Assembly (NCBI GenBank): GCA_024720975.1
Contig: JANJXX010000001.1
Location: forward strand, 314,811-346,810
Length of the DNA: 32,000 nt
Direction: 5' to 3'
Source: Thermoproteota archaeon
Lineage (GTDB): Archaea; Asgardarchaeota; Njordarchaeia; Njordarchaeales; Panguiarchaeaceae
Shown: one piece after another, positions 24,222 through 32,000 of the stretch
Numbering within the stretch: position 1 is the stretch's first letter
Layout: each line of letters begins with the position of its first letter
Translations under genes and position numbers: made by a program
Notes under the pieces: generated by a model
The model's input: only the letters and a program-made list of their open reading frames with translations
Databases searched by the model: none
What the model was told of the DNA's origin: nothing

Positions 24222-25256
24222 CTAACCTCTCTTACGAATCTGTTTTAGCGCCTCAGCTATACTAATCTCTTTTTTCCTCTTTGGCTGTAATTTTCTTTCG
24301 CGCTGAATTATCAGTAAGCCAAGGCCAATTATAACAACGCCTGTGCCTATAAGAGTTACTGAGACGAGTTCTAGCGAAATTGTACCAGGTTTTTCTTTAG
24401 CCGGTTTCAGTAGAGATAATACAACATCAACCCAGAATTTTTTATTGTCACCTAGATCAATCCAGGGCTTCTGATAAATCACATTTTCGATATCGCTAAC
24501 ACTAATGGCGAAGCCAAATAATGCAACATAACCCTGACCATATTTCCCAATATAGAATAAAACGCCACCGCTTTCAAAGTACAAAACAGTACTTCCACTT
24601 AGACAATACACCCACTTTGGAGGAACTATAGCTGGAGTTTCATTTAGATCTTTAGTTTTTATGGTGAATATTGTTGTTTGGAGAATGAGATTATACTCCT
24701 TCTTTCGTAGGTAGTTAAACTTTAGAGCATTGGTAAAGTACTTCGAGGAATTCACTCGGAGAAAACTATCGTTGGAGAGAGGATCTATGCAACGCAATCC
24801 TATACCCCCGGCTGTATAATTTAACTTGGGTCTCTCTTCTAACGGCAGACTTGATAAAAGGTCATCAAATATTATCGGGTCCATGTTGTATTCACGGTCT
24901 GGATCGTGATCCAGTGCTAGCAGTATCAGGATTCCACCTCGGTAAACGTACTTTCTAATGACTTCTAGCTCTTCGTCTGAGAATGTTTTATTAAAGGGCG
25001 GTATTATGAATGCAGCTACGCCAGAGAGCGTACTTTCACTCAATGTACTATTATTGTAGAATATTCTAGCGCGACTGTTTAAGCTCTCATTCAAAGCATA
25101 GAAGGCTCTGGTAAAATTGAGTATCACCGGATTGTGGTTAATATCGACAACTATAGCAAAATCACTTGGCTCCTCAGATTGCGTACTAGTAACGAGTGCG
25201 CTAGCCGTTAAGATAACTAGGATTAAGATTGGATTTAGAGGCTTCATTTTAATCAC
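24222..25256 (-). CDS. paralogous secreted, C-terminally anchored glycoprotein with a DUF4350/GldG-like domain pattern
   Basis: It has a signal peptide (MKPLNPILILVILTASALVTS), ~8 sequons, FSDEELEVIRKYVYRGGILILLAL and ...DNKKFWVDVVLSL, and a C-terminal TM (LVSVTLIGTGVVIIGLGLLII) plus RERKLQPKRKK. Confidence 0.55.
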   Translation of the reverse strand: MIKMKPLNPILILVILTASALVTSTQSEEPSDFAIVVDINHNPVILNFTRAFYALNESLNSRARIFYNNSTLSESTLSGVAAFIIPPFNKTFSDEELEVIRKYVYRGGILILLALDHDPDREYNMDPIIFDDLLSSLPLEERPKLNYTAGGIGLRCIDPLSNDSFLRVNSSKYFTNALKFNYLRKKEYNLILQTTIFTIKTKDLNETPAIVPPKWVYCLSGSTVLYFESGGVLFYIGKYGQGYVALFGFAISVSDIENVIYQKPWIDLGDNKKFWVDVVLSLLKPAKEKPGTISLELVSVTLIGTGVVIIGLGLLIIQRERKLQPKRKKEISIAEALKQIRKRG

Positions 25257-25335
25257 AGCGTGATTCTTTCGGTAGTGTAGGAGCTCACATTCATTATGAA
25301 TTTACGAGAAAGCCAATTTTACTTTCATATGCCAG

Positions 25336-25581
25336 TTAATAATAATACTCCTCAATAACCTCTCCATCTATCTTTGCCTTACCACCTGTTGGCTGTACTA
25401 TTAACTTCCCACAGTTCGGACATGAAACTTTAGTCGAAGCGTGGGAAAATGTTACAATTGTGTAACCGCAGTTTTTACAACGGACTTTTAGAAAGGTGCT
25501 TCGCGGGAATCTAGCTATTTTTCTCTCCTCCTCAGTAAGCTCTTCGAGTATCTTCTGTATTTCGTGGGCCATAATCATCAC
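25336..25581 (-). CDS. rps27e: 30S ribosomal protein eS27
   Basis: FLKVRCKNCGYTIVTFSHASTKVSCPNCGKLIVQPTGGKAKI is the eS27 zinc ribbon. The start is one of the Met codons at 25581, 25578 or 25572. Confidence 0.88.
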   Translation of the reverse strand: MMIMAHEIQKILEELTEEERKIARFPRSTFLKVRCKNCGYTIVTFSHASTKVSCPNCGKLIVQPTGGKAKIDGEVIEEYYY

Positions 25582-25707
25582 CTCAGATATTTATTTTTTC
25601 GTCATTTTTCGGAGGATCACCTCTTCATCATGATGTTTTAGTCATTCTGCTATATGGAACCTTATCATGAGCTATAAGTTTACTTAATTATGTTGAACTT
25701 ATATAAA

Positions 25708-27840
25708 TCACTTCTGTCTCCGATTTTTCTTAGCGCAGTCTTGAGGTAGTCTCGGCTCAATAATCCCGGCTAGAACTCTTTTCAAATCATTACTCGCTCC
25801 TCTTAGTCTTAAGAAGAGCCCTAAGAATTCTTTTCGTGCTTTCTCAATGGCATCTAAATAATCAATTTCTCCGTTCATAATTTGTCTAAGAAGACTAAGC
25901 ACATAAGCACAGAAATATGGCTGCAAGAATTCAGGCCAAATTTTTTCGAGAAGCTCAGCGATCCTATAACCAAGCTCCGTTACAATTAGTGTTCTACCTC
26001 TCCGAATCACATAACCCCTAGCTACGAGTTTTTGAATATGCTCTGGCCTCGTAGCTTTCGTTCCCAGTCCTAGTTTTTCCATTAATTTAAGCAATTCAGC
26101 CTCTGATAGTCTCTTTGGAGGCTTTGTTGATTTCTGCTCCAAATTAACTCTACTAACTCTCAGAACTTCGCCTTTATTTATATCCGGGAAAGCCTGCCTA
26201 GGCTTATTAAACGCGTAAATCCGCCAGAAGCCTTCGTTCAGGATATAAACACCTGTTATATAGAACACCTCACCGCCTATACTAATTGCGACCTTTCTAT
26301 ATTCCAGCTCTGCTGCGTTCATAAAGAGGGCTAGATACCTCCTAACAATAAGCTCATAAACTTGTATATGCTTTTGAGATAACTTCATGTGAGGCGCTGG
26401 GACATCAATAGGTGTTATAGGTAAATGATCACCGATAAGCTTGCGCCCATTTCTCTTGAGTTCAGCACCCTGAGATAAAATCCACCTAACTACCGGTTCG
26501 AACTTAGAATAGCGTGCAAGCACGCTTAAATTCTCCGCATGATTATAGTTAGGTGGATACTTATCTGTATCTGTTCTAGGATATGTTATTAGTCCATCTA
26601 AGTATAAATCCTCGAGAACTTTCATCGCCTTATCGGATGGTAGACCCAAAATTCTATTTAACATCACCAGTGCCTTATTCGTGTCTAATGGTGGCGGGGG
26701 TGTTATTCTCCTAGTTTGGCTCTCAATATTTATGACCTCAGCTTTTTCCGCCCTTTTGATTCTTTCGTAGACATCTAGAGCTTTAGTTTTGTCGTAAAAT
26801 GGCGAGTCCTTATGGCGTGCTAGAAGTTTCTGTTCACCTTTTACGAGGTTAGCATTAATTGACCAATAGGGCTTTGGCTTGAAGTTTTTGATATAGCGCT
26901 CCCTTAAATACAGGAGATACAACGTTGGACTTTGGACCCTTCCCAGCGATAGTATGCTATTTCTGAGGAGCGCGGATGCAGGACCTTTAACGCCGCGTCC
27001 CAATAGTGTCAATTCACGTGTTGATGAAAATCCTGCGAAGCCATCGATTATCTTTCTGGCTTCTGGTGCGAGTGCCCAAGTGATAATCGGTTTCGTTGGA
27101 TTGTTGAAAGATTTTATGAGCTCATCTGAATGCGTTGATATGAACCACATTCTATACACTGGCATTTTTTTAACTTTGTTTATCACTTCAGCAGCTTCAA
27201 ATCCAATATTTTCACCCTCTTCGTCGGCATCTGTAGCTATTATAAGGACGTCATGCTTAGAGGCATATGCCCTTAGCAAATGCACTAGTTTTGGGTATCG
27301 GGGCTTCAGAATTAATGCATTTGGATCCTTTATTATTTTTATCGGGTCTACTGAACTCCAAGACCTATATTCGTCTTTTGTATCATACTCGAGAATATGA
27401 CCCTTAAGAGGGACTACGGTCACAAAATGCGATTTATATTGCAAGGAGAATATGGGCACTCCATACTTGCGAAAGACCCTGAACTTACCATTTGCTAATG
27501 CCTTTGAAAGTGCCTGAGCAACCTTTGGTTTTTCAGTGATAACGAGAATTTTTGTACCCGGCTTAAGTATCTTTTCCAATGAGTATCTCTGCATGCCCGG
27601 CGATTTTATCTCCGGCAGATTGATATTATCGAGGAAAATTTTAACTGCATCCATAAGGTCCAGTGTCTCTAGTTGCTTTGCCTCTATTCTATACGGATCT
27701 CCAAACGCAGGCACATACACTTGACTGACACTATCCTTGTTATTCAATCCAGCTTCTGATTGAGAATTAGAGCTAACTTGAAGGCGGAGTTTGGATTCAC
27801 TTGGACTTTCTACTTCCTCTTTCTTTGTAGTAGGCATCAT
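25708..27840 (-). CDS. topA: type IA DNA topoisomerase (TopA/Topo III-like)
   Basis: Toprim motifs ILVITEKPKVA and ATDADEEGENIG are present, with the active-site Tyr in GLITYPRTDT. There is a ~95-aa low-complexity N-terminal extension, and internal Met codons are possible starts. Confidence 0.88.
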   Translation of the reverse strand: MMPTTKKEEVESPSESKLRLQVSSNSQSEAGLNNKDSVSQVYVPAFGDPYRIEAKQLETLDLMDAVKIFLDNINLPEIKSPGMQRYSLEKILKPGTKILVITEKPKVAQALSKALANGKFRVFRKYGVPIFSLQYKSHFVTVVPLKGHILEYDTKDEYRSWSSVDPIKIIKDPNALILKPRYPKLVHLLRAYASKHDVLIIATDADEEGENIGFEAAEVINKVKKMPVYRMWFISTHSDELIKSFNNPTKPIITWALAPEARKIIDGFAGFSSTRELTLLGRGVKGPASALLRNSILSLGRVQSPTLYLLYLRERYIKNFKPKPYWSINANLVKGEQKLLARHKDSPFYDKTKALDVYERIKRAEKAEVINIESQTRRITPPPPLDTNKALVMLNRILGLPSDKAMKVLEDLYLDGLITYPRTDTDKYPPNYNHAENLSVLARYSKFEPVVRWILSQGAELKRNGRKLIGDHLPITPIDVPAPHMKLSQKHIQVYELIVRRYLALFMNAAELEYRKVAISIGGEVFYITGVYILNEGFWRIYAFNKPRQAFPDINKGEVLRVSRVNLEQKSTKPPKRLSEAELLKLMEKLGLGTKATRPEHIQKLVARGYVIRRGRTLIVTELGYRIAELLEKIWPEFLQPYFCAYVLSLLRQIMNGEIDYLDAIEKARKEFLGLFLRLRGASNDLKRVLAGIIEPRLPQDCAKKNRRQK

Positions 27841-27931
27841 ACAACAGCTTCAAAAGCTTACCTGTTCCTCAATTTTTCCCAATAATTATGTGATTAATTA
27901 AAGAGAGCGTAGATAGCATGGGGGAAACCAT

Positions 27932-29029
27932 TTGATTAAAGCTGACTTGGCTTTAATTTTTCCACCAAAGGAAAATTTTTGGCCTCTTGATAGTTATAAT
28001 ATAAGTCTCATGCCATTCATTGGCAAGCCACTATTCATGAGAATCGCAGAACATGTTCTTAACTTCGTGCAGATACAAAAGCTCTTTCTTTTACACTACG
28101 GAGACTTAAATAAAAAAGCTTTGAATGGTATCAACTTCTGCAAGGATTTGGAAATTTTACAATTAGGACTTGATACGAAGGCTACAGACCTTCTGGAATA
28201 TCTGAAAAGTCTTGTTGCTGAGAGATTGCTCCTCGCATTCCTTGCATGCGATCTAGGAATACTCACATTCCATGACTTCGATGAGTTGCTTCATGAAAGC
28301 TCAATTTATGTAGAAGAGGACACCGAAAAGATTTTGAACGCAAGAGCAGCGATAAGAGAAAATTCTAGGGTCAGCCCAAATATTGTATATGTTAATGCAT
28401 CAAAGGAACGCGTTATTCTGTATCCCTGGGATTTTTTGCCGATAGTGCAATATGTATTAGACTCGCAGGTAACTGAACGATACATAAGCCCAGAAGCGAA
28501 AATCAGTGAGAGTGTTAACATTGTAGGCCCCTGTCACATAGACAGCGAAGCACAAATTCTCGAGGGAGCTGTTATAAAGGGTCCATGCTATATTGGCCGA
28601 GGAGTGCTTGTCGGTAATTACGCGCTGGTGAGAAATAGCATAATTGAGGCTAACTCCATAATCGGAGCATACATGGAGGTGGCACGTTCTTGGCTTGGAA
28701 TGTTCTCAGAAACGCACTCAGGATACATTGGTGATAGCATATTCTCCGAGCGCGTTCATGTGGGAGCTGGATTCATAACAGCAAATGTTCGTTTAGATCG
28801 CCAAGAAATTAGAGTGAAATTAGGTACGAGAAGACTGAATACAGGATTGAAAAAATTTGGAACGATCATTGGATGCAGCACAGAGATAGGCATACATTCA
28901 GGCACAATGCCAGGCGTACTCATAGGTAAGAATGTTAGGATAGGTCCGGGAACATTAATATTTGATAACGTACCAGACGGAGCCGTTGTTTATACCACAC
29001 AGCAAATAAGGACTTTAAAGAATGACTAG
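27932..29029 (+). CDS. nucleotidyltransferase-like / left-handed beta-helix (hexapeptide repeat) protein, GlmU / sugar-1-phosphate nucleotidylyltransferase family with a degenerate N-terminal domain
   Basis: The C-terminal half is a clear LbH (GPCYIGRGVLVGNYALVRNSIIEANSIIGAYMEV...GYIGDSIFSERVHVGAGFITAN...GTIIGCSTEIGIHSGTMPGVLIGKNVRIGPG). The N-terminus aligns positionally with the NTP-transferase fold, but the G-x-G-x-R loop reads FPPKENFWPL. The start is TTG. Confidence 0.6.
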   Translation: MIKADLALIFPPKENFWPLDSYNISLMPFIGKPLFMRIAEHVLNFVQIQKLFLLHYGDLNKKALNGINFCKDLEILQLGLDTKATDLLEYLKSLVAERLLLAFLACDLGILTFHDFDELLHESSIYVEEDTEKILNARAAIRENSRVSPNIVYVNASKERVILYPWDFLPIVQYVLDSQVTERYISPEAKISESVNIVGPCHIDSEAQILEGAVIKGPCYIGRGVLVGNYALVRNSIIEANSIIGAYMEVARSWLGMFSETHSGYIGDSIFSERVHVGAGFITANVRLDRQEIRVKLGTRRLNTGLKKFGTIIGCSTEIGIHSGTMPGVLIGKNVRIGPGTLIFDNVPDGAVVYTTQQIRTLKND

Positions 29030-29242
29030 AAATCCAATTGCTCATCTACTCACCGTGTGCACTTGGGATTACTAGACATATGTTCGCTCTGATTCCATTG
29101 AAACAATCATTATTCACTACGGAGCTAGACCATCGAGATAATACTTATAAAAAGCTAGAATAACACGCGAGTATAACGTATTTATTAAAAATTACCTGGG
29201 TTTTACTTTTATATTACGAAAGACAAAGATTGGTGCCTTCGA

Positions 29243-29452
29243 ATGAAAGTAATCAGTATTAGATTGCCCGACTGGATGCTGGAGCTGATAGATCAGCTCT
29301 GTATGAAAGGAGTTTTTATTTCTAGATCGGAATTCATAAGATATGCCATTCGTTCTGCACTTAAGAAGTATGAAAAAGAGCTCCAAGGTGTTCAGCAATC
29401 TGCAGAAGCGCGACTTAAAAGAATTGAATGGAAAATCGAGGAGGAGATCTAA
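29243..29452 (+). CDS. ribbon-helix-helix (CopG/Arc/MetJ family) DNA-binding protein
   Basis: MKVISIRLPDWMLELIDQL...ISRSEFIRYAIRSAL is a canonical RHH beta-strand plus two helices, followed by a C-terminal coiled-coil-like tail. Confidence 0.75.
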   Translation: MKVISIRLPDWMLELIDQLCMKGVFISRSEFIRYAIRSALKKYEKELQGVQQSAEARLKRIEWKIEEEI

Positions 29453-29474
29453 CTCTTTGCATTTTCCCTATTTT

Positions 29475-30209
29475 TTAGACTACAATCATTGAAGCATATT
29501 TTACTACGTGCTCTATATTGCCCCTAAGGAAAGCTAAAATTACGTTCTTAGCTATTTCTGGATTGTTGGCATTGAATACTAATACACTAAGTTTGGAGCG
29601 TTTTATCAATTTTAGCGACTGTATGTCAAATAGCGTATACGTACCAGCAAACTCACTACCCCTGAGAAAAGCATTGATTAATTCATCAACCATTATTAGA
29701 TCGAATTTTTTTGCATCGGAATATATTTTTGGGTCCTTATCGAAAATTCCATTAACATCTGTACCTATTGCTAACACTCTTGCCCCCGATAGTTCAGCCA
29801 CTTCTGCGGCCACTCCTACTGTTGACTGTCCCGGAATAAACCCACCTACGAAAATAACATCATAATCGTCTTTAATTTCGTAAACCTCAATTGGAGATTT
29901 CGGTATTGATCCATATATCCTAATCTGCGTGTTGCTTACTCGATGCTTCAAAGCTGCGAGCAGAAGATAGGCATTAAGACGGGATACTTGGATTCCCAAT
30001 TCATCGCACTCATATTCGTTTAAATGTAAATTTCGTCCCCACGATATGTACTTTCGGGCGGGTCTTCCACCACCAACTACTACTATAATCTTTGCATGCT
30101 GAGTTAAATCAACGAGTACGCTTAGCCATTTGCTAACTATGTCTGAATTTAACTCTCCACCGGGTTCAAAGAGAACGGAACCACCAAGTTTCAACACGAT
30201 TGTCTCCAT
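29475..30209 (-). CDS. pyrH: uridylate (UMP) kinase, archaeal type
   Basis: LKLGGSV, VVVGGGRPARKYI, VGGFIPGQSTVGVAAEVAE and GTDVNGIFDKDP are amino-acid-kinase fold motifs in the archaeal PyrH arrangement. Confidence 0.88.
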   Translation of the reverse strand: METIVLKLGGSVLFEPGGELNSDIVSKWLSVLVDLTQHAKIIVVVGGGRPARKYISWGRNLHLNEYECDELGIQVSRLNAYLLLAALKHRVSNTQIRIYGSIPKSPIEVYEIKDDYDVIFVGGFIPGQSTVGVAAEVAELSGARVLAIGTDVNGIFDKDPKIYSDAKKFDLIMVDELINAFLRGSEFAGTYTLFDIQSLKLIKRSKLSVLVFNANNPEIAKNVILAFLRGNIEHVVKYASMIVV

Positions 30210-30467
30210 AACGCATCTCCAAGTATGCTAGTAGTTCAAATAAATATCTAATGTCAGATTACTGCACTCTAGCATGCGTAGAATAATCAGCAATATTAAG
30301 GAATTTCAACGCCGAGAAATTTATATCGAAATAAGAGGAAGACTAAAATATGAATAATCGATGAGCTTTCGAAGGTTAGTCTATTTTGCATTGTAAATGT
30401 AACAAAAACTTAGTTAAGGCTGTTTTTGTTTGCTTACTTGATAAAAGCGGCAATAAGGGTGTCTGAT

Positions 30468-32000
30468 GTGACAACCAAGTATTCGATGAACCTAAAGGCT
30501 AAGAGATGGGACATTAAGAAAGAAATTGAATTAATAAAGCTATGGAACGAGAAGAATATATATAGATTCAACGTAGACTCAACAAAACCAATTTTCTCTA
30601 TAGATACACCCCCACCATACGCTTCCGGACGTCCACATATAGGCTTTGCTTGGCATTATTCTGCGATAGATTCAATTGCAAGATACATGCGCATGAAAGG
30701 ATACGAAGTTTTGTTTCCAATGGGTATTGACCGAAACGGCTTACCGATCGAAGTGCAAGTGGAAAAGAAGTACAATATACACATGTATGAATACCCCAGA
30801 GAGAAGTTTATTGAATTATGCAGGAATTTACTGGATGAATACGAGAAGGAGCTCCTAGACCTGTGCACCAGGCTAGGATTCTCTAACAACTCATTGAAAC
30901 CCGATGAGGTATATAGAACTGACTCTCCCGAATATAGGGCTTTGACCCAAGCGACCTTTATAGAGGCCTTCAAAAAAGGACTCATCTACGAAGACTACCG
31001 TCCAAATAACTACTGCCCGCGATGCAGAACAACAATAGCTGATGCAGAAGTAGAATACATAGAGGAGATCACAGACCTTGTCTATATACGCTTTCCATTA
31101 GTTAACGGCGGAGTCATAACAGTCGCTACTACGAGGCCTGAAATGCTGGCTGCATGTCAAGCTATCCTTGTGCATCCAGACGATGCTAGATACAGAAACC
31201 TGCAAAACAATGAGGCTATTGTTCCGATGTATGAAAGAAGAGTAAAAATACTACCACACCGCGAAGTTAATGTAAATTTCGGAACTGGCGCTATGATGCT
31301 TTGTAGTTATGGGGACGAAACTGATGTTAGATTATTCCGCGAACTTCAATTGACTCCTATAATTATAATAAGCGAAAACGGGGTCATGACGGAAGCGGCA
31401 GGAAAATATGCAGGACTACATGTTAAGGATGCTAGAAGTAAAATAGTCGAAGATTTGACGAAAGCGGGTTATATAGAAAGAATAGAGAAAATCAAGCACG
31501 AAATTCCAGTATGTTGGCGTTGTAAAACTCCGATAGAATTCATACCGATGAAAGAGTTTTATCTAAAGCAAGTCGAATTCCTAGATTCACTAAGAGAAAT
31601 CATTGACCAAATAACCTTTTATCCTAAGGAGAGTAAACAATTGTTGTTAAATTGGATAAATTCCGTTAAGAGCGACTGGCCTATATCTAGACGCCGCTAC
31701 TATGGTACCGAGATCCCAATTTGGTACTGCGAAAATGGACATATTGTTTTACCAGAACCCGGCAGGTATTATCGGCCATGGGCTGAAGCTCCACCTTTTA
31801 ATGAGTGTCCATACTGCAAATCTAAAAAGTTTATTCCAGAGACGCGAACGTTTGATACATGGATGGATTCAAGTATTTCAGCCCTGTACATTAGTGGGTA
31901 TAAGAGAGACGAAAAACTGTTTTCAAAAGCTTTTATAGTTGATTTGCGACCCCAGGGAAAAGAAATCGTTCGAACTTGGCTATTCTATACAATACTTCGA
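30468..32000 (+). CDS. valS: valine--tRNA ligase, N-terminal ~511 codons; gene runs off the right edge of the window
   Basis: My own translation; the ORF is not in the track because it has no stop in the window. It contains FSIDTPPPYASGRPHIGFAWHYSAIDSIARYMRMKGYEVLFPMGIDRNGLP, WPISRRRYYGTEIPIWYC, TFDTWMDSS and DLRPQGKEIVRTWLFYTILR. GTG 30468 lies 6 nt after GGGTG; ATG 30486 is an alternative. Confidence 0.85.
   Translation, partial: MTTKYSMNLKAKRWDIKKEIELIKLWNEKNIYRFNVDSTKPIFSIDTPPPYASGRPHIGFAWHYSAIDSIARYMRMKGYEVLFPMGIDRNGLPIEVQVEKKYNIHMYEYPREKFIELCRNLLDEYEKELLDLCTRLGFSNNSLKPDEVYRTDSPEYRALTQATFIEAFKKGLIYEDYRPNNYCPRCRTTIADAEVEYIEEITDLVYIRFPLVNGGVITVATTRPEMLAACQAILVHPDDARYRNLQNNEAIVPMYERRVKILPHREVNVNFGTGAMMLCSYGDETDVRLFRELQLTPIIIISENGVMTEAAGKYAGLHVKDARSKIVEDLTKAGYIERIEKIKHEIPVCWRCKTPIEFIPMKEFYLKQVEFLDSLREIIDQITFYPKESKQLLLNWINSVKSDWPISRRRYYGTEIPIWYCENGHIVLPEPGRYYRPWAEAPPFNECPYCKSKKFIPETRTFDTWMDSSISALYISGYKRDEKLFSKAFIVDLRPQGKEIVRTWLFYTILR

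Noticed and set aside
29192-29398. Minus-strand ORF 29192-29398
   Set aside because: It lies antisense to the RHH gene, which has a clear family pattern, and it has no motifs of its own.
1-32000. Search by eye for CRISPR arrays, tandem repeats, IS elements, integrases, prophage or defence-island hallmarks, and rRNA
   Set aside because: I saw no regularly spaced repeats, no transposase/integrase-like ORFs and no long non-coding stretches; the largest gap is 360 bp. The tRNA genes show no adjacent integrase or direct-repeat att-like duplication that I could detect.

Overview
This window is a compact, AT-rich archaeal chromosomal segment. Its tRNA genes are very GC-rich and carry introns, which fits a thermophile with crenarchaeal/Asgard-like proteins. 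I cannot assign a taxon without a database search. About 36 genes fill nearly all of the sequence, and most are housekeeping. They include 2-oxoacid:ferredoxin oxidoreductase (porA divergent from porG-porD), rpiA, RNase P protein Rpp21, FBP aldolase/phosphatase, and three intron-containing tRNAs (Met/Ile2-CAT, Tyr-GTA, Trp-CCA). Also present are FAD synthetase RibL, RadA, peroxiredoxin, an Lrp/AsnC regulator, and ribosomal proteins uL14, eS17 and eS27, each as an isolated gene. The rest are an RNA polymerase largest subunit, MoxR ATPase, TruD/Pus7, Pth2, a GINS-like subunit, ThpR/LigT, type IA topoisomerase, UMP kinase and the 5' part of ValRS. I saw no rRNA, CRISPR array, transposase, integrase or obvious defence island. 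The most unusual items, in order: (1) the RNA polymerase A' and A'' subunits are encoded as one divergent 1.33-kaa ORF outside any rpo operon; (2) a ~105-aa protein matches the gelsolin/villin domain sequence pattern; (3) an uncharacterised three-gene operon at 7.2-9.2 kb, whose largest protein has a degenerate zincin-like HxxxH...EEEAF motif; (4) rpiA has a conserved N-terminus reachable only through a +1 shift; (5) a convergent pair of paralogous, heavily sequon-rich, C-terminally anchored surface proteins lies near a partner-less MoxR; (6) a coiled-coil/Pro-Gln-Thr-rich protein is coupled to a SWIM zinc-finger protein. All functional calls rest on motifs I recognised by eye in the supplied or self-made translations. 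No searches or statistics programs were run.
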